64,000 nucleotides of DNA. It comes from a virus. Every line of letters starts with the position of its first letter. Position 1 is the first letter of the stretch. The notes beneath the pieces were generated by a model. That model was not told where the DNA came from. It searched no databases and saw nothing but the letters and a program-made list of their open reading frames with translations. Positions 9,663-17,716 of the stretch are shown here, piece by piece. The stretch is from positions 64,001-128,000 of IMG/VR virus record IMGVR_UViG_3300030117_007501. One strand, written 5' to 3'. Position numbers and translations under genes: made by a program.

Positions 9663-10190
9663 ATGAAACTCATAGTAGAAAACTGGAGACGCTATATCAA
9701 GGAGGGCTTGGAAGAGAGGAGAGCAGATGCAAAACTTTTTTTCGATGCTCAAGATGGTACGTTGAGAGAGTTGATATTAGCATGGATAGAAGAATCCCTT
9801 CCTCCAGAAGGAGTGAAGAGATATCATTCTCGAGATGATAGGTGGGCTGGTTCCGATTTTGCTCGAGCAGAAGCTCAAAGATATATTTCAGAGTATTTTC
9901 CAAACTCCCCAATAGAAGGTATGATGAACACCAACGCTGCCGACAGTGAGGGTGATAATTGGAGATCAGTTGGTATAGAGCCGCTGGACTATGATGCATT
10001 CTTAAGTTTTGACACCCTAATACAAACTATAAAAAGTATGTATGAAGACAGTCGAATGAGCATACTTCACAACGATTTGATGAAATTGGGGAGTCATAAA
10101 TACCCTGGAGGTATCGTACACTATTCGTTGTTGTATTTTGGCAGAGAACTGATATCAGCAAAGAAAAGATATGAAAGGAGAAGGCAATGA
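9663..10190 (+). CDS. MKxIxENWR-tagged hypothetical protein
   Basis: N-terminus MKLIVENWRRYIKE. Confidence 0.75.
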   Translation: MKLIVENWRRYIKEGLEERRADAKLFFDAQDGTLRELILAWIEESLPPEGVKRYHSRDDRWAGSDFARAEAQRYISEYFPNSPIEGMMNTNAADSEGDNWRSVGIEPLDYDAFLSFDTLIQTIKSMYEDSRMSILHNDLMKLGSHKYPGGIVHYSLLYFGRELISAKKRYERRRQ

Positions 10191-10471
10191 AAGATATAAT
10201 GGAAAATTTCCGAAATAACGTAATCAATGAGAAGATAGGTGAAGCTAGGGGTTCTACTGCCGGCGAAGGTATGCCTCTCAAGCGCGCTTTTGAGTATGCT
10301 ATAGAATACGCCGCCTCAAAAGGACAGAATTTCTCAGGAGCGTTAGGGCATGCTCAAAAGGTAAGACTTAGAAATTGGGTTCGAGATAACGTTGCAAATG
10401 AAAATATGTCAGATCCAGTTGCCGAGGAAGCTATTAGAGCGGCTATAGATTCTAAGGTAGCTTATAGATAA
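10187..10471 (+). CDS. MKxIMENFR-tagged hypothetical protein
   Basis: N-terminus MKDIMENFRNNVINE; AGGAG SD. Confidence 0.75.
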   Translation: MKDIMENFRNNVINEKIGEARGSTAGEGMPLKRAFEYAIEYAASKGQNFSGALGHAQKVRLRNWVRDNVANENMSDPVAEEAIRAAIDSKVAYR

Positions 10472-10821
10472 TGAAAATGAAACTCATAATGGAAAGTTTC
10501 AGAGCAAACATGGGGCTTACTCAGTCTATGGGTATCGGAGGCAATTACGATAATGAGTCAGAGGCAGCTATAGATCCTAATGCAAGGCAGATTATTCATG
10601 GCGAGGTTACCACAAAAATAGAGGAAATAGGCATGGATTGGATTCTTGACGATATAAGCGATGATTTATTTGCTCTTGGGGATCAGTCAAAAAGCTCTGG
10701 AGAATACAGAGAAAAAATTAAAGATTACCTAAACAGCAAGGCTGATGAATTTGGATATTCTAATTTAGGTGATGAAGTGTTTGAAGAGAGGGGGACTAGT
10801 GATCAATCCATGGATGTCTAG
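10471..10821 (+). CDS. MKLIMESFR-tagged hypothetical protein
   Basis: N-terminus (MK)MKLIMESFR. Confidence 0.75.
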   Translation: MKMKLIMESFRANMGLTQSMGIGGNYDNESEAAIDPNARQIIHGEVTTKIEEIGMDWILDDISDDLFALGDQSKSSGEYREKIKDYLNSKADEFGYSNLGDEVFEERGTSDQSMDV

Positions 10822-11344
10822 ACTAGAAATAGAGACGATAGAGAAATATCTAAAACCTAGCTTTAAAATGCTTGAATACGGCTCAGGCGGGAGCACTCTT
10901 TACTTTTCGAGATTGGTACAAGAGTATTATAGTGTCGAGCACGATGCGGAGTGGTACGAAAAAATAACAAAAATCTTAAAAAACACAGAAAACAAAATCT
11001 GCAAGTACAGCCTAGTGGAAGTAGCAAAAGAGGATATCAAACCAGCGCCTGTACAGCAAACACCAGTGCCATGGTCCCAACTTGAAACTTCAGACTATTA
11101 TTATCTTTTTGAAAAATATATCAAAGAGCCTTCTAAATTTGGTGCCAAATTTGATGCTGTTTTGATCGATGGCCGTGCTCGCCCGGAGTGCGCAAAATTT
11201 ATTTACAATTTTTTATCCCCGAACGCATATGTTTTTATACATGATTATTGGCCGCGGCTTTATTATCATGTTGTAGAGGATCAATATAGAGTAATAGATC
11301 ACGTGAAAGCCGGTCAAAGCTTGGTGGTATTGCAGATAAGATGA
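10799..11344 (+). CDS. Class I SAM-dependent methyltransferase-like protein
   Basis: MLEYGSGGST, SVEHD and VLIDGRAR motifs; GTG start after a GAGGGG SD. Confidence 0.8.
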   Translation: MINPWMSRLEIETIEKYLKPSFKMLEYGSGGSTLYFSRLVQEYYSVEHDAEWYEKITKILKNTENKICKYSLVEVAKEDIKPAPVQQTPVPWSQLETSDYYYLFEKYIKEPSKFGAKFDAVLIDGRARPECAKFIYNFLSPNAYVFIHDYWPRLYYHVVEDQYRVIDHVKAGQSLVVLQIR

Positions 11345-11358
11345 GGATAAACAAATAG

Positions 11359-11661
11359 GGGGGTGATCAGGTTTCGACAGGGTAAGGATAATAATACGTG
11401 CAAGGATGTGTGGGTAGGCACAGTAAAAATACCCAAAACTATAAATGCAAACGATGATATCGAAGCAATGGGGGAGGTGGCATTAGCCGCATAACCCAGA
11501 GGGTTTTCCAGATACCCTTCTAACCCAACATCTGGATTTGTTATATTTGATAATTTACATATTTGTGACTTATAGCTGTCTGAAGCTAGAATCAGACTAA
11601 CCTTGTGAATGACGTATTATTTGAGATGTTCTGGACGCGGGTTCGACTCCCGCCACCTCCA
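11359..11661 (+). ncRNA. ssrA: tmRNA, tag peptide ANDDIEAMGEVALAA (11447-11494)
   Basis: 5' GGGGGTG pairs with 3' CACCTCC-A with a G3:U wobble; T-arm GCGGGTTCGACTCCCGC; H2 AATAATACGT/ACGTATTATT; pk1 TGTGT/GCACA plus GGGTA/TACCC; tag ORF ends in LAA-stop. Confidence 0.96.
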
Positions 11662-11671
11662 CTAACTTTTC

Positions 11672-11700
11672 TTGACATTATAATAATTAATTATTATAAT
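11672..11700 (+). promoter_or_regulatory. Perfect sigma70 promoter upstream of iscU (leaderless spacing)
   Basis: TTGACA-N17-TATAAT, with 6 nt between the -10 hexamer and the ATG. Confidence 0.85.
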
Positions 11701-11706
11701 TAAAGT

Positions 11707-12096
11707 ATGGCATATTCAAAAGAAGTAATAGAGCACTTCGAAAATCCTAGGAACGTAGGATCATTAGATAAAGATGACAACTCTGTGGGAACAGGTATTG
11801 TTGGTGCCCCTGCTTGTGGGGATGTCATGAAGCTTCAAATCAAAGTAAATAATGACGGTGTAATTGAGGATGCAAAATTCAAAACATACGGTTGTGGTTC
11901 TGCTATAGCCTCTTCATCTTTGGTGACGGAATGGATAAAAGGTAAAACACTGGATGATGCCAAAAAAATAAAAAACAAAGATATAGCAAATCACCTTTCG
12001 CTTCCGCCTGTAAAAATACACTGCTCTGTTCTGGCAGAGGATGCCATAAAATCTGCTATTGAAGACTACAGGAGCAAAAATGATAACATTGACTGA
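11707..12096 (+). CDS. iscU: Fe-S cluster scaffold protein
   Basis: NPRNVG, GAPACGDVM, YGCGSAIAS and LPPVKIHC motifs. Confidence 0.97.
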   Translation: MAYSKEVIEHFENPRNVGSLDKDDNSVGTGIVGAPACGDVMKLQIKVNNDGVIEDAKFKTYGCGSAIASSSLVTEWIKGKTLDDAKKIKNKDIANHLSLPPVKIHCSVLAEDAIKSAIEDYRSKNDNID

Positions 12097-12394
12097 ATTT
12101 GCAGCGAATAAGATTAAAACACTTCTTGCCGAAAAGCAAGAAACCGGCATTCGTGCCGGCATCAGGGGCGGGGGATGTTCTGGTTTTACTTATAAATTGG
12201 AATTTGATAATCAAGCCGAAAATGACAGAGTAATAGAAAGCCATGGGGTTAGTCTCTATGTGGATGCAAAGAGTTACTTGTATTTAATGGGAACTGAGAT
12301 AGATTTTGTAGATGAGCTGAACCAGTCTGGATTTCGGTTTGTGAACCCAAACGCGAAAAGAACGTGCGGCTGCGGTGAGTCTTTCTCTGTTTAG
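12080..12394 (+). CDS. iscA: A-type Fe-S carrier (IscA/HesB family)
   Basis: GGGCSGF and TCGCGESF; start at ATG 12080 after AGGAG. Confidence 0.93.
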   Translation: MITLTEFAANKIKTLLAEKQETGIRAGIRGGGCSGFTYKLEFDNQAENDRVIESHGVSLYVDAKSYLYLMGTEIDFVDELNQSGFRFVNPNAKRTCGCGESFSV

Positions 12395-12409
12395 GTACTA
12401 ATTAATAAT

Positions 12410-12847
12410 ATGAAGCTTATAATGGAAAATTGGCGAAAGTTTGTTAACGAGGCTGAAAAAGATAATCCCTGCTGGGATGGGTATGAAATGATTGGCACTA
12501 AGATGAAGGATGGAAAAGAAGTTCCAAATTGTGTGCCAAAAGAGGATTCCTTAACTGAAGAAGATGAGCCCATTGAAGAAAAAGTCGACAAAGACTCCAT
12601 GCCATGTAACGAGCCTCGCACAACAAAGAGTCACAAAGGAAAATCACACGTCGTAAAAGCTTGTGAGGATGGTGTAGAGAAAATAATACCCTTCGGAGAG
12701 AAAGGCGCTAAAACAGCGGGCAAGCCAAAAAAGGGTGAAAGCGAAAAAATGAAAAAAAAGAGAAAGAGTTTTAAGTCCCGTCACGCCAAGAATATCAAAA
12801 AAGGTAAAATGTCCGCTGCATATTGGGCTGACAAGGTGAAGTGGTAA
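12410..12847 (+). CDS. MKLIMENWR-tagged protein with short Cys modules and a basic C-terminal domain
   Basis: MKLIMENWRKFVNE; PCWDGY...VPNCVP; KSFKSRH...SAAYWA. Confidence 0.8.
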   Translation: MKLIMENWRKFVNEAEKDNPCWDGYEMIGTKMKDGKEVPNCVPKEDSLTEEDEPIEEKVDKDSMPCNEPRTTKSHKGKSHVVKACEDGVEKIIPFGEKGAKTAGKPKKGESEKMKKKRKSFKSRHAKNIKKGKMSAAYWADKVKW

Positions 12848-12851
12848 ATAC

Positions 12852-13472
12852 ATGAAACGTATAATGGAAAATTTTCGAAAATTCATCGATGCCGGTGGAG
12901 AAGCAGCTGCCAACCCAGAAGCGAATTTACCAGAAGAGGCTAAGCAAGCGGTTGCAACTATCTCATATTTTCTTGGTTATATAGAAAAATTACAAAAAGA
13001 AATAGAATTGTATGGGCGCGATAGCGCTTCAGAAAGGCCTGTGGCATTTCCTAGAGGCATGCATGAATTGTATAAGGTTCTTAAGTCTGTAGCCTACAAT
13101 GTGAGAACGTTTCATTATGATTTGTTTAGTGGAGAATATCCCCTTATTGAAGATATTTCGTTTGAATTTAAAGAACTCGGCTACCTCGACGCCGAGGATA
13201 AAGTAAGGAATGATGTCTTTGTCTCGCTTTTAGACTTGGAGAGTATGTTCTTTCAAGAGGTTGTTGAAACTGGTATGAGTTTTGATAGTGCCGTAGGCAT
13301 AATGAACGATGAACTCTCTAGTGAAAGATTTCAAAGATACGAGGCGGGATCCCACGAGAACACTAAAGGAAAAGTAAGAGAAATTTCAAATATTGTCAAA
13401 AATGACAATGAAGCACAGCTGGCTTTAGATGATTTTATGCATGATAGCCAGAGGAGACATCGAAGGAACTAG
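12852..13472 (+). CDS. MKxIMENFR-tagged hypothetical protein
   Basis: N-terminus MKRIMENFRKFID. Confidence 0.75.
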   Translation: MKRIMENFRKFIDAGGEAAANPEANLPEEAKQAVATISYFLGYIEKLQKEIELYGRDSASERPVAFPRGMHELYKVLKSVAYNVRTFHYDLFSGEYPLIEDISFEFKELGYLDAEDKVRNDVFVSLLDLESMFFQEVVETGMSFDSAVGIMNDELSSERFQRYEAGSHENTKGKVREISNIVKNDNEAQLALDDFMHDSQRRHRRN

Positions 13473-13515
13473 GGGTTCGACTTTTAATGTTTCCGTTAGC
13501 GAGGTTATTTAATAT

Positions 13516-14079
13516 ATGAAGATTATAATGGAAGGTTGGAGAAGCTACTTGAATGAATCTAGATTCAAGGGGTTCGAGAGAGAGCTTAAGAACAAGGTGT
13601 TTCCTCATTTACCGGATTTTGTGTTTAACGACATGTACGGACACGAAGGCGTAAAAGATTATGCTGTTGAAAGGACTGAAGACATAAACAAGATAGGGTT
13701 AGAAAAGTTCTTCAAGACAGATGAGTTTGCAAAAAGTGTTTACGATAGATACAACCTGCAGTGGACTAAGAAGCCTGTTGTTTTGGAGTTGGAATGGGAA
13801 GATATAAACTCAGAAGAGAGAAACTTTTTGATGAACAAACACTTGGGTAAAAATCCAAACTTTCCTATGGATAAATACAGAGAGAAAATTAACCGCATTC
13901 AGACAACCACCCCAGGTTTGGGAGCCGGCGATCATGAGCCTGTTATATTCAAGATGGAGGGAGATAGTGTCGTTGATATTTTAGGCGGCCGCCATAGAAC
14001 TTTTGCTTCTTTTCTTGATGAAGAAGGAGAAATTAAACCGGGCCCAATTAAAATAAAGGCTTATATCGGAAGAGTGTAG
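13516..14079 (+). CDS. MKIIMEGWR-tagged protein with a possible ParB/Srx-like C-terminal domain
   Basis: MKIIMEGWRSYLNE; EPVIF...ILGGRHR resembles the ParB GxxR signature. Confidence 0.65.
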   Translation: MKIIMEGWRSYLNESRFKGFERELKNKVFPHLPDFVFNDMYGHEGVKDYAVERTEDINKIGLEKFFKTDEFAKSVYDRYNLQWTKKPVVLELEWEDINSEERNFLMNKHLGKNPNFPMDKYREKINRIQTTTPGLGAGDHEPVIFKMEGDSVVDILGGRHRTFASFLDEEGEIKPGPIKIKAYIGRV

Positions 14080-14086
14080 CTGTATC

Positions 14087-14170
14087 ATGTTTGAGTTGAA
14101 TGAAATTATCTTTTGGACAATAATCTTTGTTACCCTTTACGTTACGAGGGACAGTTGCAAACATAGGTAG
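14087..14170 (+). CDS. Possible 27-aa TM micropeptide MFELNEIIFWTIIFVTLYVTRDSCKHR
   Basis: Hand-translated short hydrophobic ORF in an intergenic gap. Confidence 0.35.
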   Translation: MFELNEIIFWTIIFVTLYVTRDSCKHR

Positions 14171-14236
14171 CTGAAAATATTGCCTATAAGTCACCTACAC
14201 GTAACACCATCTCTCTTTCTATTACATACTTAAAGT

Positions 14237-14527
14237 ATGAAGCTTATTTTATACATAATATTGTTAATCTTGCCTTGTTCCGTTGGCGCTGAGCCAAAAC
14301 TTTGGTTTTCTAATAAATTTGAGGTTGGCTATGATAAGGTATTTGTGGGTGAAAAGGTAACAATCGATAATGGCGTGTTCGTAAAGAATTCCTTATGTGC
14401 AGGTTTAAAATTCAAACTATCAGATGCCGTGCAGTACAAAACGTTCTACCTACTGCAAAATTCAAAAAAACAAAAATGGGCAAACGAACACTTTCTTGGT
14501 GCTGAAATATCTTTTAAGATGAAGTAG
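14237..14527 (+). CDS. Small secreted, beta-strand-rich protein
   Basis: Signal peptide ...SVGA; amphipathic strands ending FLGAEISFKMK. Confidence 0.65.
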   Translation: MKLILYIILLILPCSVGAEPKLWFSNKFEVGYDKVFVGEKVTIDNGVFVKNSLCAGLKFKLSDAVQYKTFYLLQNSKKQKWANEHFLGAEISFKMK

Positions 14528-14554
14528 AATTTTGCGCTTAGCCATAATTAAAGT

Positions 14555-14947
14555 ATGCAATTAACAAAAAACTTTCATATTGACGAATTTAAGTGCAGAG
14601 ACGGCTCGCCAGTGCCCGATGAATATTTGGAAAACGTAAAGCTGTTGGCAGAAAATTTACAGGCACTAAGAGATAAAATAGGAATACCTATAAAAATAAC
14701 ATCAGGTTATCGATCACTGGAATACAACACAAAGATAGACGGCGCAAAAAGAAGTCAGCACTTGCTGGCTAAAGCTGGAGATTTAATAGTAAGAGGAATA
14801 ACAACAACAGAGCTAAGAGATGTTATTTTAGAACTAATAGAAGATGGGCAGATGTTGGAGGGTGGAGTTGGACTTTACAGACATTTTGTACATTATGATG
14901 TTAGAGGGTATAAGCGCCGCTGGTACGGCAAGGGAATGAGACCCTAG
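14555..14947 (+). CDS. Peptidase M15 family cell-wall hydrolase (possible endolysin)
   Basis: NF..EFKC, ITSGYRS, SQHLLAKAGD (SxH-x6-D) and FVHYDVRG. Confidence 0.88.
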   Translation: MQLTKNFHIDEFKCRDGSPVPDEYLENVKLLAENLQALRDKIGIPIKITSGYRSLEYNTKIDGAKRSQHLLAKAGDLIVRGITTTELRDVILELIEDGQMLEGGVGLYRHFVHYDVRGYKRRWYGKGMRP

Positions 14948-14958
14948 AGGCTTAAGGG

Positions 14959-15621
14959 ATGGCAAAAACAAAAATCAATCCAAAAACTTTAGACTGGGAC
15001 GAGGTGCCAGACGGAACTATCGCATCTGGTGCAAATCTAGGGCTAGATTCGAACGACAACTTAGTTAAAGCCTCCGTCAGCGGCGGTGGCGGTGGCGGAA
15101 CAGATACTCAAAACATTACACTTGTCGGCTCTGCATATGGGTATAATAATTATACACACAGATACACCGTGCATGAAAACGGCTCTTCAACATCGACATT
15201 GGGGACTAAGTGGACGGAGTACAAGGCTGGTTGGGGCGGCCCAACCAGTACGAGCGTTTCTACTACGGGTGTGGAGGCATTAGCAAACTGGGCATGCTGG
15301 ATAGCGCCAGAGGATTGCACTCTTAAGGATTTTTATGGGGCGTATACATCAGATAACGGAAGTATTGACGTTTACCTGTCTTTGTGGCAGGCATCTCCCT
15401 CGAATCAGGACACCAGCGTTACTTGGACTAGAAGAGCTTTTGTCACTAGATCTGGCGGCTCAATAACTTCTGGCGGCTTAACGCCCGTATCTAGTACTGG
15501 TATGAGCGTGAGTGTCACGGCAGGAGACTTGTTCGCTGTGGCATTATCGGGTGAAACAGGTTCAGATTCTGGAGCTTTAGGGAATGTATTTTTTACTGCT
15601 GCCATTAAGGTAGAGGTGTAA
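14959..15621 (+). CDS. Putative virion fibre/decoration protein
   Basis: Short N-terminal module, poly-Gly linker, S/T/G-rich beta-type C-terminal domain. Confidence 0.55.
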   Translation: MAKTKINPKTLDWDEVPDGTIASGANLGLDSNDNLVKASVSGGGGGGTDTQNITLVGSAYGYNNYTHRYTVHENGSSTSTLGTKWTEYKAGWGGPTSTSVSTTGVEALANWACWIAPEDCTLKDFYGAYTSDNGSIDVYLSLWQASPSNQDTSVTWTRRAFVTRSGGSITSGGLTPVSSTGMSVSVTAGDLFAVALSGETGSDSGALGNVFFTAAIKVEV

Positions 15622-15627
15622 AAGTAT

Positions 15628-15656
15628 TTGACATTTTATTATACATGAAGTATAAT
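15628..15656 (+). promoter_or_regulatory. Perfect sigma70 promoter for the tilS/tRNA/clpP region
   Basis: TTGACA-N17-TATAAT. Confidence 0.85.
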
Positions 15657-15679
15657 ATATTACATTGAAAAGGTACGCT

Positions 15680-15856
15680 ATGAAAACAAGAAAATACATT
15701 GCAACATTTTACAACAAGTCTAGCGAAGAGCGTAGAGACATCGATTACGAAAGACTAACTTTCCCTGAAGCCTTTACTGCCGCAAACCACCAAAGGCTGG
15801 TTTGGGGTTACGGGTGGGAAATAGAGAAAATCTCGAAGGAACTATTAAGCAACTAA
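15680..15856 (+). CDS. Small hypothetical protein
   Basis: 58-aa ORF from ATG 15680 after AAAGG. Confidence 0.55.
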   Translation: MKTRKYIATFYNKSSEERRDIDYERLTFPEAFTAANHQRLVWGYGWEIEKISKELLSN

Positions 15857-15874
15857 TGGACGAAGACTTTAGAT

Positions 15875-16492
15875 ATGATTCGAATTATAGGAAAAATACC
15901 ACGAAGAGTGACTGTTGCTTGCTCTGGTGGAATCGATTCAATGTCGATAGTCAACTTTCTACTGGAAGGTAGGAGAAAGGTGCATTTAGCCTATTTTAAT
16001 CACGACACTCCCCACTCTCGAGAAGCTGAACAATTTGTAAAAAGATATGCCGCAAAAAATAAATTAACATTAACTGTTGGAAGAGTTAAGGGTTCTCGCG
16101 GCAAGCAGTCCCTTGAAGAGTTTTGGAGAAATGAAAGATATAATTTTCTTACAAGCTTGGGAGATAATTTTGTTATAACATGTCACCATCTGGATGATGT
16201 TGTGGAAACATGGTTGTTTAAGTGCCTGCATGGAAATCCAGGCTTAATTCCTTACAGGAGGGAACCGAACATATATCGCCCATTCCTGATGACGGATAAA
16301 AATTCAATAATCTCATACGCAGAGAGAAAATCAGTTGAATGGATTGACGATCCTTCCAACAGGATGACAAAAAACATAATGAGAAATCACATTAGGCACA
16401 ATGTTATGCCTCAAATTTTAAAGGTTAACCCTGGAATAAGAACAACTATTCGTAAAAAATTAATTGAAAGTCACACTAAAGATAGTGTATAA
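15875..16492 (+). CDS. tilS: tRNA(Ile)-lysidine synthetase, minimal catalytic-domain-only form
   Basis: SGGIDS PP-loop, FNH, RNERY, HHLDDVVET, RPFL, DPSN and RNHIRH. Confidence 0.92.
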   Translation: MIRIIGKIPRRVTVACSGGIDSMSIVNFLLEGRRKVHLAYFNHDTPHSREAEQFVKRYAAKNKLTLTVGRVKGSRGKQSLEEFWRNERYNFLTSLGDNFVITCHHLDDVVETWLFKCLHGNPGLIPYRREPNIYRPFLMTDKNSIISYAERKSVEWIDDPSNRMTKNIMRNHIRHNVMPQILKVNPGIRTTIRKKLIESHTKDSV

Positions 16493-16493
16493 T
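16464..16493 (+). promoter_or_regulatory. Sigma70-type promoter for the tRNA
   Basis: TTGAAA-N18-TATAAT ending 8 nt before the tRNA. Confidence 0.6.
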
Positions 16494-16501
16494 AAAACAA
16501 T

Positions 16502-16578
16502 GGACCTCTAGCTCAATTGGTTAGAGCATCCGGCTCATAACCGGCAGGTTCACGGTTCAAGTCCGTGGGGGTCCACCA
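16502..16578 (+). tRNA. tRNA-Ile2 (anticodon CAU, lysidine target), CCA encoded
   Basis: Cloverleaf GGACCTC/GGGGTCC-A-CCA; anticodon loop CTCATAA; C4:G69 and C5:G68 pairs typical of TilS substrates; adjacent to tilS. Confidence 0.9.
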
Positions 16579-16606
16579 AATATTATGTAGGAGAAGAAAA
16601 AAAGCA

Positions 16607-17245
16607 ATGGAAGACTTATATTGGACATCTGGTGGTCGCAAGAGAGACAAAGAGTTTCGAGACTCTGATGGAGGCTACGGTTCCGGCGGCGCGAATGGAG
16701 GAAACAGCAATAACATTGTAGATGTTTCAAATAATAGAATATTCTTCTATTCAACAGTCGATAGGGGGAAAGTGCTAAAGTTGAATAAAGCACTGCTTAG
16801 CTTGGGAATTAGCATGTCACATAGGGCACTTCACTTGGAGACAGACGTCGTACCGATTAGGCTCCACATTAATAGCTATGGAGGTTCCGTCTTTTCGGGA
16901 TTTGCAGCAATTGATTATATCCTACAATCAAAGGTGCCGGTACATACTGTCATTGATGGTTGTGCTGCCTCCGCAGCCACACTGATGAGTGTAGTGGGAG
17001 CAAAAAGATATATGCACAGGAATTCGTTTATGCTTATTCACCAATTGTCCAGTGGGATGTGGGGAACTTATCGACAACTTCAGGATGATATGGAAAATTG
17101 TGACGTTTTGATGGATAGGATTCGTGAAATATATAAGAGACACACTAAGATTCCTAAAACAAAGCTAAATGAACTACTTAAACATGACTTGTGGTGGGAT
17201 GCCGAGACTTGCCTCAAGTATGGAATGATAGATGAGATTATCTAA
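16607..17245 (+). CDS. clpP: ClpP-family protease
   Basis: INSYGGSV, CAASAA (Ser), MLIHQ (His), HDLWW (Asp) and YGMIDEII; start moved to ATG 16607 because 16565 lies inside the tRNA. Confidence 0.88.
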   Translation: MEDLYWTSGGRKRDKEFRDSDGGYGSGGANGGNSNNIVDVSNNRIFFYSTVDRGKVLKLNKALLSLGISMSHRALHLETDVVPIRLHINSYGGSVFSGFAAIDYILQSKVPVHTVIDGCAASAATLMSVVGAKRYMHRNSFMLIHQLSSGMWGTYRQLQDDMENCDVLMDRIREIYKRHTKIPKTKLNELLKHDLWWDAETCLKYGMIDEII

Positions 17246-17262
17246 GAAGAGGTAAAAAGCAA

Positions 17263-17559
17263 ATGTCTAGATCAATAACAGAAGAAGAATCAAAGAATCT
17301 CCTAAAAGATATCATGGGTGATTACTTAAATGAGCTGGGGATTAATTGGGATAATCATAAGAGAGTGCCAAAAAAGGATGATACCTTCCGCATAACTGCC
17401 GAAGCGCTGTCTTTGCCCGCGCTCATCCACCTTTCGGAACACAAGAACGTAAGAAATGTTTATTTCCATCCATCAGTTTCTCCACCCGGCAAGGGCGACG
17501 TGATATCAATGCGATATCGAGTTTATATTGAATATAAGAAGATAGAAGATGAAAAATAG
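17263..17559 (+). CDS. Hypothetical protein
   Basis: 98-aa ORF with GAGG SD. Confidence 0.65.
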   Translation: MSRSITEEESKNLLKDIMGDYLNELGINWDNHKRVPKKDDTFRITAEALSLPALIHLSEHKNVRNVYFHPSVSPPGKGDVISMRYRVYIEYKKIEDEK

Positions 17560-17716
17560 AGACAAGAGCATCGAAAAGCTCAAGATGGAGATTGAGGAAT
17601 TGATACGAGAGATAGACAGTGCAAAAAAGAAAAATTCACCTGCACACGCAAAGCGACTTAACTTAATTAAAGAAATGAAAGAGCGCAAGTTGCAAAATTG
17701 GATTAACGCCAGCTAG
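17549..17716 (+). CDS. Small coiled-coil hypothetical protein (55 aa)
   Basis: Hand-translated MKNRDKSIEKLKMEIEELIREID...; overlaps the previous gene. Confidence 0.5.
   Translation: MKNRDKSIEKLKMEIEELIREIDSAKKKNSPAHAKRLNLIKEMKERKLQNWINAS

Noticed and set aside
13470-13490. tRNA remnant (GGGGTTCGAC)
   Set aside because: Only a T-loop-like word is present, with no cloverleaf
14237-14270. Seventh member of the MKxIMENWR tag family (MKLILY...)
   Set aside because: It lacks E-x-W/F-R and continues as a hydrophobic signal peptide
16502-16578. tRNA-Met (initiator or elongator)
   Set aside because: G1:C72 is paired and there is no GGG/CCC anticodon stem, so it is not an initiator; C4:G69/C5:G68 and tilS adjacency favour Ile2
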